Source: an uncultured Chitinophagales bacterium
GTDB lineage: Bacteria; Bacteroidota; Bacteroidia; Chitinophagales; JADIYW01
Reading direction: 5' to 3'
Assembly (NCBI GenBank): GCA_964472755.1
Contig: CAYYMF010000005.1
Coordinates: 3,386-67,385, forward strand
Length of the DNA: 64,000 nucleotides
The first letter of the stretch is position 1; each line of letters begins with the position of its first letter. Below are positions 56,750-64,000 of this stretch, piece after piece. A program made the translations under genes and the position numbers. The notes below the pieces were generated by a model. It saw only the letters and a list, made by a program, of their open reading frames with translations, had not been told where the DNA came from and searched no databases.

Positions 56750-57922
56750 ATGATAAAGCGAAAATTACAATATACCATTCAGTCTCTACTAAGTGATTTT
56801 CCAGCAGTTGCTATTCTTGGACCAAGGCAAATTGGGAAAACAACTTTAGTAAAAAGTATTGCAAAGCAGTTAAAAAAGCCTCCCATTTATTTAGATGTAG
56901 AAAAGCCATCTGATTATGCGAAACTGCAAGATGCGGAAACATATTTACAAATGCACAAAGACAAATGTGTGATTATTGATGAAGTTCAATTTATGCCTTC
57001 ACTTTATAATGTATTGCGTTCTCTTATAGATACACATAGAAAACCAATGCGTTTTATTTTAACTGGCTCAGCATCTCCGAATTTAATTAAAGGCATATCA
57101 GAATCTCTTGCTGGCAGAATTGCCTATACAGAATTAAGTCCTATTGGCTTAGATGAATTACCTAGGAATATTGCTAGAAACAAACATTACTTTTATGGAG
57201 GTTTTCCGACACCACTCACGTACAAAGACACTTCTAAAGCTACTCATTGGTTAGATTATTTCATCAAAAGTTATATTGAAAGAGATTTAAGTATGCTATA
57301 CGATGTAAAAATGGACACTAGAGTAGTGCGACATTTCTGGCAAATGTTAGCCAATAACAATAGTGGCTTGTGGAATGCTGAAACCTATGCAAGAGCTTTA
57401 GGCGTTACTGCTCCAACTGTGAATCGATATCTAGATTTCTTAGAAGGAGCTTATTTAGTTAGACGACTCTATCCGTGGTTTCCAAATACAAATAAACGAT
57501 TAGTGAAATCACCTAAAGTATATATTCGAGATAGTGGATTACTACACCGTTTGGTAGACATTCATCAACTAGATGAGCTATATGGGAATGTAATTATAGG
57601 AGCATCTTGGGAAGGATATGTCATAGAACAAATTATTACCAACTTACCTAATAATATTACGCCCTATTTTTATAGAACACATGCAGGTACTGAAGTAGAT
57701 TTAGTATTAGTAAAACAAAATAAACCCTATATTTTGATTGAAATAAAACTCAATAATCTAAGCAAACCCAAACGTGGTTTCTATGAAGCTATTGAAGACT
57801 TAAAGCCAACTAAATCATTTGTAATTTCTAAAGATACTGAAACCTACACAGGCTCTGGAAATGTAACTTATATAAGTTTATATAATTTTATTATGCTTGG
57901 AAATCAAAAATCACATTTTTGA
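56750..57922 (+). CDS. AAA+ ATPase with a wHTH and a C-terminal PD-(D/E)xK-like domain (AAA_14/DUF4143-type architecture)
   Basis: 390 aa. Walker A is GPRQIGKTTL and Walker B is VIIDEVQ. An HTH-like segment reads ARALGVTAPTVNRYLDFL. The C-terminal GTEVDLVL...ILIEIK is a D...ExK pattern. Confidence 0.75.
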   Translation: MIKRKLQYTIQSLLSDFPAVAILGPRQIGKTTLVKSIAKQLKKPPIYLDVEKPSDYAKLQDAETYLQMHKDKCVIIDEVQFMPSLYNVLRSLIDTHRKPMRFILTGSASPNLIKGISESLAGRIAYTELSPIGLDELPRNIARNKHYFYGGFPTPLTYKDTSKATHWLDYFIKSYIERDLSMLYDVKMDTRVVRHFWQMLANNNSGLWNAETYARALGVTAPTVNRYLDFLEGAYLVRRLYPWFPNTNKRLVKSPKVYIRDSGLLHRLVDIHQLDELYGNVIIGASWEGYVIEQIITNLPNNITPYFYRTHAGTEVDLVLVKQNKPYILIEIKLNNLSKPKRGFYEAIEDLKPTKSFVISKDTETYTGSGNVTYISLYNFIMLGNQKSHF

Positions 57923-57933
57923 TTTCCAAGCAT
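57893..57933. repeat. Perfect palindrome, copy 2 (19-bp arms, 3-nt loop)
   Basis: The sequence is atgcttgGaaatcaaaaat-cac-atttttgatttCcaagcat. It overlaps the last 10 codons and the stop of the ATPase gene. It differs from copy 1 by a compensatory a:t -> g:c pair. Confidence 0.9.
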
Positions 57934-57938
57934 CAATA

Positions 57939-58490
57939 TTATTTAGTTATTGAATAAATATAAGTATCTACAGGCATTTCATCGTAAGTTTTATAATTCT
58001 GATAAATTGTACCTTCGTATTGCATTCCAGCCCGTTGCATTACTTTTTCGCTCTCTATATTATTAATATTACAACGTGCTTTAATGGTTTGAATATTTAG
58101 TTGGTTAAAAATAAATTTCTTCCTATTCTCAATAATTTGAAATATAATACCTCTTTTTTCGAAGTCCTTATCAATAAAATAGGATAATTCAACTGTGCTT
58201 TTTTTAATATTTATATCCTTGATATTAAAGTGTCCTATCAATAATTCTTCAAAGAAAATCAGGTTGGCATATTCTATATTTTTATTCCAAAAAATATTCT
58301 TTTCTTCAAAATAGTTTTTAGTTCCATCTAATGTGCCATTTTTCCTAACCATATTTGGAAAACTATCTTTCAATCTGTCTATATTCTTTTGAACAAGATT
58401 AAAGAAGTCAAATTCAAATCCATTTTGGTATGGGACTAAAAAAATAGAATCTCCTATAGTTACACGTTCTTTTTTTGTACAATATTTCAT
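57939..58490 (-). CDS. GNAT-family N-acetyltransferase (RimJ/RimL-like)
   Basis: 183 aa with an acetyl-CoA-binding-type segment (KDFEKRGIIFQIIEN) and a GNAT fold pattern. Confidence 0.6.
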   Translation of the reverse strand: MKYCTKKERVTIGDSIFLVPYQNGFEFDFFNLVQKNIDRLKDSFPNMVRKNGTLDGTKNYFEEKNIFWNKNIEYANLIFFEELLIGHFNIKDINIKKSTVELSYFIDKDFEKRGIIFQIIENRKKFIFNQLNIQTIKARCNINNIESEKVMQRAGMQYEGTIYQNYKTYDEMPVDTYIYSITK

Positions 58491-58543
58491 TCAAAACAAA
58501 TGTAAATAAAAAATTATGTTTATATTTATACTAATACAAGCTT

Positions 58544-59581
58544 ATGAAGACTTTTTTCTTAGAAAATGGAAAAACTTACCCTTTAGTAGTTGCTCCAGAA
58601 ACTGATAATTCCTTAGAAGAATTACAAAATTGGATTACAAAAAATCATGAAGATTTAGAGCAAAAACTATTGCATTATGGTGCAATTCTTTTTAGAGGAT
58701 TTGATATCCAAACGCCTTTAGATTTTGAGCAAGTTGCAAAAAGTGTAGATAATGATTTGAAAAATGATTACATGGGAACTTCTCCTCGTGATAAAAAAAC
58801 TGACTTTGTATTTTCTGCTAGTGAATTGCCTCCACATTATCCGATTATGCAACATTGTGAAATGAGTTTTTTGCCTTCAGCTCCAAGACGTTTATTTTTT
58901 TACTGCCATACTGCTCCGCCTTTTGGTGGAGAAACGCCAATTTGCGATTTTAGAAAAGTATATAAAGATTTAAAAACTGAAGTAAAAAATGCTTTTGAAA
59001 CTAAAGGCGTAAATCATATCCGAAATTATGCATCACCAAATACAAAAGCAAGAACAGGGTTTCAGCTAAAAAGTTGGCACGATATGTTTCATACTGATGA
59101 CAAAAAGATTGTTGAGGAAAAATGCAAAGAACATGACATTATTTGCGAATGGAAAGAAAATGATGGTTTAAGAATGACAAACAAAAGTAATGCATTTAAA
59201 ACGCACCCAATTACTGGAGAAAAAACGTGGTTTAATCATACGCAAGTTTTTCATATTGATGCTGCGGCAATTGAATACGACTATATTCATAAAAGGCAAA
59301 AAAGATGGGAAACTTTTAAAACCGAATTACTTTTAGAGCTAATGACTTTCTATAAAAAAATAGCCACAAATTCTAACGACCAAAGTATGCATGTTACTTT
59401 TGGAGATAGCACTGAAATTCCAAAAGATTATGTGCAACATATTCAAGATGTGATTTGGGATAATATGTCTATTTATTCTTGGCAAAAAGGAGATATAATT
59501 GTAATTGACAATTTTTCTACTTCACATGGAAGATTGCCTTATTATGGCGACCGAGAAGTAATGGTTTGCTGGACTTCTTAA
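58544..59581 (+). CDS. TauD/TfdA-family Fe(II)/2-oxoglutarate dioxygenase
   Basis: 345 aa with H-x-E in MQHCEMSF, a distal His in FSTSHGRLPY, and a clavaminate-synthase-like pattern. Confidence 0.65.
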   Translation: MKTFFLENGKTYPLVVAPETDNSLEELQNWITKNHEDLEQKLLHYGAILFRGFDIQTPLDFEQVAKSVDNDLKNDYMGTSPRDKKTDFVFSASELPPHYPIMQHCEMSFLPSAPRRLFFYCHTAPPFGGETPICDFRKVYKDLKTEVKNAFETKGVNHIRNYASPNTKARTGFQLKSWHDMFHTDDKKIVEEKCKEHDIICEWKENDGLRMTNKSNAFKTHPITGEKTWFNHTQVFHIDAAAIEYDYIHKRQKRWETFKTELLLELMTFYKKIATNSNDQSMHVTFGDSTEIPKDYVQHIQDVIWDNMSIYSWQKGDIIVIDNFSTSHGRLPYYGDREVMVCWTS

Positions 59582-59590
59582 TTTGCTTGA

Positions 59591-60487
59591 ATGAACGAAA
59601 TAGATCAAATTCAAGTTAATTTCTCAGAAAATTTATGGATACTCAATATTTGTTTGAGTTTTATAATGTTCAGTGTTGCCTTAGATTTAAAAGTCTCCGA
59701 TTTTAAAACAATTATTAAACAACCAAAAATTGCTTTAGCAGGAATTTTCTCTCAATACATTGCCTTTCCTTTTATCGCTTTTATATTCATAAAAATTACT
59801 CAACCTCATCCTACAATTGCATTAGGTTTATTATTAGTGGTAGTTTGTCCTAGTGGTAATATTTCTAATTTCCTTACACATACTGCCAAAGGAAATATTG
59901 CACTAGCTATTAGTTTAACTGGCATTTCTACCATCTTAGCTCCAATTTCTGCTCCGTTTCTTTTTACATTTTACGCCAATATGGATAATGGTATGCAATC
60001 TATTTTAAAAAGTTTTCATATTGATTTCTTAGAGATGTTACAAAGTGTTTCTATTCTTTTATTATTTCCGATTCTATTGGCATTACTACTCAATTACAAG
60101 TTTCCAAACATTATTCTGAAAATAAAAAAAACTGTAAAAACCTTGTCTTTAATAATCTTTATTGCCTTTTTAATTTTTGCATTCAAGGCAAATTTTGAAG
60201 TCTTTAAAAAGTATGTATCTCTAGTTTTATGGGTTGTTTTCTTACTTGATTTATTAGGATTTATCGTTGGTTTTTATGCTGGAAAATTATTTAGATTAAG
60301 CTACTCTGATTGCAAAACACTTTCTATAGAAACAGGCATACACAATGCTGGATTAGGGTTGGTTCTGATATTTAGTTTTTTTGGTGGCAGGGGTGGTATG
60401 GCATTAGTTGCCGCTTGGTGGGGAATTTGGCATCTTTTTGCCGGAATGGCAATTGCTCAATATTGGAAAAGAAAAGTTGAAAACTAA
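59591..60487 (+). CDS. Bile acid:sodium symporter (BASS) family transporter
   Basis: 298 aa and polytopic, with a family-like motif (CPSGNISNFLT...ETGIHNAGLG). Confidence 0.7.
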   Translation: MNEIDQIQVNFSENLWILNICLSFIMFSVALDLKVSDFKTIIKQPKIALAGIFSQYIAFPFIAFIFIKITQPHPTIALGLLLVVVCPSGNISNFLTHTAKGNIALAISLTGISTILAPISAPFLFTFYANMDNGMQSILKSFHIDFLEMLQSVSILLLFPILLALLLNYKFPNIILKIKKTVKTLSLIIFIAFLIFAFKANFEVFKKYVSLVLWVVFLLDLLGFIVGFYAGKLFRLSYSDCKTLSIETGIHNAGLGLVLIFSFFGGRGGMALVAAWWGIWHLFAGMAIAQYWKRKVEN

Positions 60488-60991
60488 ATGATGAAAATTG
60501 GTATTATTTCGGATACGCATAGTTATTTAGACAAACAAGTTCTGCACTATTTTAAAGATGTTGACGAAATTTGGCACGCTGGAGATATTGGCAACTTAGA
60601 AGTTACAAATTCTTTAGCTCAAGTAAAAAAACTACGTGCTGTATTTGGTAATATTGATAATGCTGAAGCAAGAAAACAATATGCAAAATTTGAAATTTTC
60701 TCCATTGAAAATTGCAAAATACTAATCATTCATATTGCTGGTAGCTTTGGCAAATACAACAAAGAAACGCAAAATTTAATCAATGAACATCAACCTAATA
60801 TTTTAGTGTGTGGCCATTCTCATATCGTGAAAGTTGCAAATGATATTAAATATAAATTATTATACATTAATCCTGGTGCAGCTGGAATTCATGGATTTCA
60901 TAAGGTCAAAACTATTATTCGTTTTGAAATAGAAAATGGCAACCCTAAAAATATGGAATTAATAGAATTAGGACAGAGAGGAAAAATCTAA
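60488..60991 (+). CDS. YfcE/MJ0936-type metallophosphoesterase
   Basis: 167 aa with motifs GIISDTHS, HAGD and CGHSH. Confidence 0.8.
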   Translation: MMKIGIISDTHSYLDKQVLHYFKDVDEIWHAGDIGNLEVTNSLAQVKKLRAVFGNIDNAEARKQYAKFEIFSIENCKILIIHIAGSFGKYNKETQNLINEHQPNILVCGHSHIVKVANDIKYKLLYINPGAAGIHGFHKVKTIIRFEIENGNPKNMELIELGQRGKI

Positions 60992-61014
60992 AAACTAAAC
61001 GCTATTTATCTATA

Positions 61015-62085
61015 CTATCTTTCCTCCTCAAATTTTGCTAATTTCTTTAATGGATTGCTTCGCATTTCTGCATAATTTAATCTATTGTTGAAAATATCTA
61101 CTGCTTTATAAATTGCATTTCTAAAGGAAGTTTCATCAGCAACACCTTTCCCAGCAATATTTTCGGCAGTACCATGATCTGGCGAAGTTCTAACTACACT
61201 TAATCCAGCTGTAAAGTTTACGCCTTCTGCCCCAGCTATATATTTGAATGGTATTAATCCTTGGTCGTGATACATAGCCAATATTGCATCAAATTTTGTC
61301 CAATTATCTGAAGCAAAAAAACCATCAGCCGGATAAGGTCCAAATGCAATAATATTTTGTTGGTCTCTCATCTCCTTCACTGCTGGAAAAATTATATCTA
61401 ACTCTTCTTGTCCAACCAATCCCTTATCTCCAGCATGTGGATTTAATCCAAGCACCGCAACTTTAGGCTTATCTATTCCAAAATCTTCTTGTAAAGATTT
61501 ATTTATTAATTGAATTTTTCTTTGAATTTTTTCTTTAGTAATATTTTTTGCGACTTCACTAATTGGCTCATGATTCGTAACCAATCCCACTTTGATATCA
61601 TCTGCAACTAAAAACATTAAATTATCTTTAGCACCAAAAAACTTCTGTAAATATTCAGTATGCCCTGTATTATTAAACTCTGCTGATTGAATTACATTTT
61701 TATTAATCGGTGCTGTAACTAGAACATCAATATCTCCATTTTTCAATGCCTCACAAGCTGCTTTTAAAGATAAAAAAGCAAATTTTCCAGTTTCACTAGA
61801 TGGTTGTCCCGGACTAATTGCAAATTCATCTTCCCACACTGGAACAATATTAATAGAATTATGACTTAAATTCTTATAATCTTTTATAGATGCATATTGG
61901 AATTTTTCAATATTGAGTGCTTTTTTATAGAAAGAAAAAACTCTAGGATTGCCAAAAACAATTGGAGTAAACTGCTTAAACAGTCTATCATCACTAAAAG
62001 TTTTCATAATTATTTCTGGACCAACGCCTGCTGCATCACCTATTGTTATTCCTACTCTTATTTTTTCTCGGTTGGGATTTGACAT
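61015..62085 (-). CDS. pdxA: 4-hydroxythreonine-4-phosphate dehydrogenase
   Basis: 356 aa with GDAAGVGPEI, NTGHTEY, GLNPHAG and MYHDQG. Confidence 0.9.
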   Translation of the reverse strand: MSNPNREKIRVGITIGDAAGVGPEIIMKTFSDDRLFKQFTPIVFGNPRVFSFYKKALNIEKFQYASIKDYKNLSHNSINIVPVWEDEFAISPGQPSSETGKFAFLSLKAACEALKNGDIDVLVTAPINKNVIQSAEFNNTGHTEYLQKFFGAKDNLMFLVADDIKVGLVTNHEPISEVAKNITKEKIQRKIQLINKSLQEDFGIDKPKVAVLGLNPHAGDKGLVGQEELDIIFPAVKEMRDQQNIIAFGPYPADGFFASDNWTKFDAILAMYHDQGLIPFKYIAGAEGVNFTAGLSVVRTSPDHGTAENIAGKGVADETSFRNAIYKAVDIFNNRLNYAEMRSNPLKKLAKFEEER

Positions 62086-63517
62086 TTTTAATTTGTTTTT
62101 GTTGCTTACTTAAATTTTTTACAAATTTACATAATAATCTAACACCAAATGCAGTTGCATGAATCCCTCTGTAATTATATCTTGAGGTTACAAAGGCTGG
62201 CGATAAATCAATATGTAGCCATGAATAATCTGTAAAATGTTCTAAAAATTTACCCGCAGTAATAGCTCCTGCTTCGGCTCCTCCTATATTTTTTATATCT
62301 GCAATCTCAGAATCTAAATAAGATTTATAATCGTCCCAAAGAGGAAAATAAACGATCTTCTCATCAGTTTTATAGGCAACTTTTTCAAGTTTTTTTCTAA
62401 TTTTTTTATCTGCATTACCCATTACGACAGCGGCTTCTTTACCCACTGCTCGAATGGCAGCACCTGTTAATGTCGCTAAATCAATAACTAATTCTGGTTT
62501 TAATCTTTTTGCATAATGCAAGGCATCTGCTAAAATCAATCGACCTTCAGCATCTGTATTCATCACTTCTACAGTTGTACCATCATACATAGTTATTACA
62601 TCTCCTGGACAAATAGATTTATCGTTGATTTTATTTTCTACTGTTGGAAATAAACCTATTACATAATAAGGCAAATTCAACTTTGAAATTGCCAATATTG
62701 CTCCCAAAACAGTTGCAGAACCCGCCATATCACATTTCATCAAATCCATACTATTTGGTGTGGGCTTGATAGACAACCCTCCAGTATCGTACATTACCCC
62801 TTTCCCAACTAAAACCAATGGTTGTTTATTGATAGCATTAGTTGGTTTATATTCCAAAATATGAAAAAAAGCAGGATTTTCACTTCCTCGATTTACTGCT
62901 AAAATTCCACCCATTTTCTCTTTAGTAATTTTTTCTTGATTCCAATAAGTATATCTTACATTAGATTTTGTAAATGTTTTTTTTATTTCTGCATTGTATT
63001 GTGTTGTAGTCATAAAGTTTTGTGGCTCATTGACTAAATTCTTAGTTAACCGAACTGACTCTTGAAGTATATTTAATTCTTGCAAGTCTGCTTTAGACAG
63101 AAGTTGATTGTCAACAAAAATTTCTACCAATTCCTTTTTATTTTTTTTATATTTATCAAAAATATACTGAGAAAGTAGCAAACCCTCTAAAAAAGCCTTT
63201 ATAAACTTAGGTTCTATTGTAGTTATACTTTGAACAAAAACACTTTTTTCTTTCTTAGATTGAAGTTCTTGATATATTTGATGAGCATCTCTCCTTAACT
63301 TTTCTTTTGTTTGGGCATTAGTTTTTTCAGTTTTGAAAACATATAGAATGTAATTTTTATTTAATGCCTGAATAAGTATAGGATTTTGATTTTCTTCTAT
63401 TTTTTTCTGTACGATTACTGCTTCTTCTTTTTCTAAAAAAGCTAAGTAATCATCTTGCAACGCGTCAATAATAATAATTTGATTGTCGGTATCTATATTT
63501 TTATTTACTCTTAGCAT
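62036..63517 (-). CDS. pepA: Leucyl aminopeptidase (M17)
   Basis: 493 aa with VGKGVMYDTGG and NTDAEGRL. The basic C-terminal tail overlaps the pdxA start by 50 nt. Confidence 0.85.
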   Translation of the reverse strand: MLRVNKNIDTDNQIIIIDALQDDYLAFLEKEEAVIVQKKIEENQNPILIQALNKNYILYVFKTEKTNAQTKEKLRRDAHQIYQELQSKKEKSVFVQSITTIEPKFIKAFLEGLLLSQYIFDKYKKNKKELVEIFVDNQLLSKADLQELNILQESVRLTKNLVNEPQNFMTTTQYNAEIKKTFTKSNVRYTYWNQEKITKEKMGGILAVNRGSENPAFFHILEYKPTNAINKQPLVLVGKGVMYDTGGLSIKPTPNSMDLMKCDMAGSATVLGAILAISKLNLPYYVIGLFPTVENKINDKSICPGDVITMYDGTTVEVMNTDAEGRLILADALHYAKRLKPELVIDLATLTGAAIRAVGKEAAVVMGNADKKIRKKLEKVAYKTDEKIVYFPLWDDYKSYLDSEIADIKNIGGAEAGAITAGKFLEHFTDYSWLHIDLSPAFVTSRYNYRGIHATAFGVRLLCKFVKNLSKQQKQIKNVKSQPRKNKSRNNNR

Positions 63518-63827
63518 ACTAATATTTTTATTTTTATATAAAAATAGAAAAAATAAACTCTATTTTAATAATGATAATTGAAATTCAATTGCAATAAATT
63601 ATAAATTTCATTGAGTATAAAGATACGATAATGAATGAAGTAATTAAAATAAATTATAGCTCAAATTGTTGTGTAGCAATATGATTTTTGTTATCCTAAA
63701 ATAATATTATAATAAAAAATTAAATATATTTATTTTAAATTATTACTAAATAATCTTTTGTACGGATAAATTATTGCTTATATTCGTTCTTATAATAATT
63801 ATATTTTTTCAACATGAATACTGGTAA

Positions 63828-63844
63828 TGTTTCAAAGTTAGTGA
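63828..63844 (+). repeat. 17-nt direct repeat, copy 1 (tgtttcaaagttagtga)
   Basis: Identical to 63984-64000 at the window edge. Confidence 0.8.
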
Positions 63845-63907
63845 TGGTGTTATTTTATAAATATAAATACTTGTAAATCAATACATAATCATAAAATTAT
63901 AAAAAAG

Positions 63908-63940
63908 ACGGATACTATGTTGTATCCGTTTTTGTATTTT
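63908..63940 (+). terminator. Orphan plus-strand intrinsic terminator in an AT-rich intergenic region
   Basis: Hairpin acggatac-N6-gtatccgt followed by TTTTTgTATTTT. No annotated plus-strand gene lies upstream. Confidence 0.6.
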
Positions 63941-63983
63941 AAAATGTCTTAAAACAACTACAATGATAAAAAACAGTACCTCG

Positions 63984-64000
63984 TGTTTCAAAGTTAGTGA
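63984..64000 (+). repeat. 17-nt direct repeat, copy 2 (tgtttcaaagttagtga)
   Basis: Identical to 63828-63844. It may continue beyond the window. Confidence 0.8.

Noticed and set aside
58544-60991. The TauD-like dioxygenase, BASS transporter and YfcE phosphoesterase (gaps of 9 and 0 nt) as a functional module
   Set aside because: Co-orientation and tight spacing suggest an operon. I can derive no specific shared substrate or pathway from the sequences, so it is left as ordinary annotation pending neighbourhood-conservation analysis.
62036-62085. A 50-nt overlap between the pepA 3' end and the pdxA 5' end, as a possible frameshift or mis-annotation
   Set aside because: Both proteins look complete. 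The PdxA N-terminus (MSNPNREKIRVGITIGDAAGVGPEI) is canonical, and the M17 core is intact before a basic tail. The overlap is most simply a low-complexity C-terminal extension of pepA. There is no evidence of recoding.
1-64000. tRNA, rRNA, tmRNA, RNase P and SRP RNA genes
   Set aside because: I scanned the intergenic gaps longer than 100 nt by eye. None shows the GC-rich conserved cores (T-loop GTTCGAATC-type, RNase P GGAAAGTCC-type and so on). Nothing is reported. tRNAscan and cmscan should be run to confirm.

Overview
This 64 kb window is AT-rich and looks like chromosomal DNA from a low-GC Bacteroidota organism, probably Flavobacteriia-like. Three observations support that placement. Many genes are preceded by Bacteroidetes-type -7 boxes (TAnnTTTG), often only 6-20 nt from the ATG and with no Shine-Dalgarno sequence. 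The rpsU / Xer-like recombinase / hpf gene order matches what I recall as typical of the phylum. There is also an OM beta-barrel with a C-terminal Phe. I can support about 57 protein genes, mostly housekeeping: five aminoacyl-tRNA synthetases (asnS, proS, hisS, metG), hisGDC, metK, purS/purC, pyrD, pdxA, mutS2, nnr, pepA and sulfite reductase. I saw no rRNA, tRNA or CRISPR array. Several things are not explained by the supplied ORF track. (1) A 198-codon reading frame at 14.1-14.7 kb has no start codon. It encodes a 4 x 44-aa tandem-repeat lipoprotein whose signal peptide is broken by two 1-nt homopolymer deletions. (2) Two near-identical 41-bp perfect palindromes, which differ by one compensatory base-pair change, flank a stand-alone AAA+/wHTH/PD-(D/E)xK-type ATPase gene. 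(3) A 177-bp unit closed by 20-bp inverted repeats is followed by an orphan plus-strand terminator, between two minus-strand genes. It could be an sRNA or a MITE. (4) A secreted protein made largely of Asn/Tyr/Trp is encoded 20 nt upstream of an OM beta-barrel gene. (5) An mtgA-linked operon carries a membrane-anchored sulfotransferase and large polytopic GT-C-like proteins. (6) A parDE toxin-antitoxin module is decaying. (7) A possible His-codon leader/attenuator precedes hisG. All functional calls come from motif recognition by eye; no database search was run.
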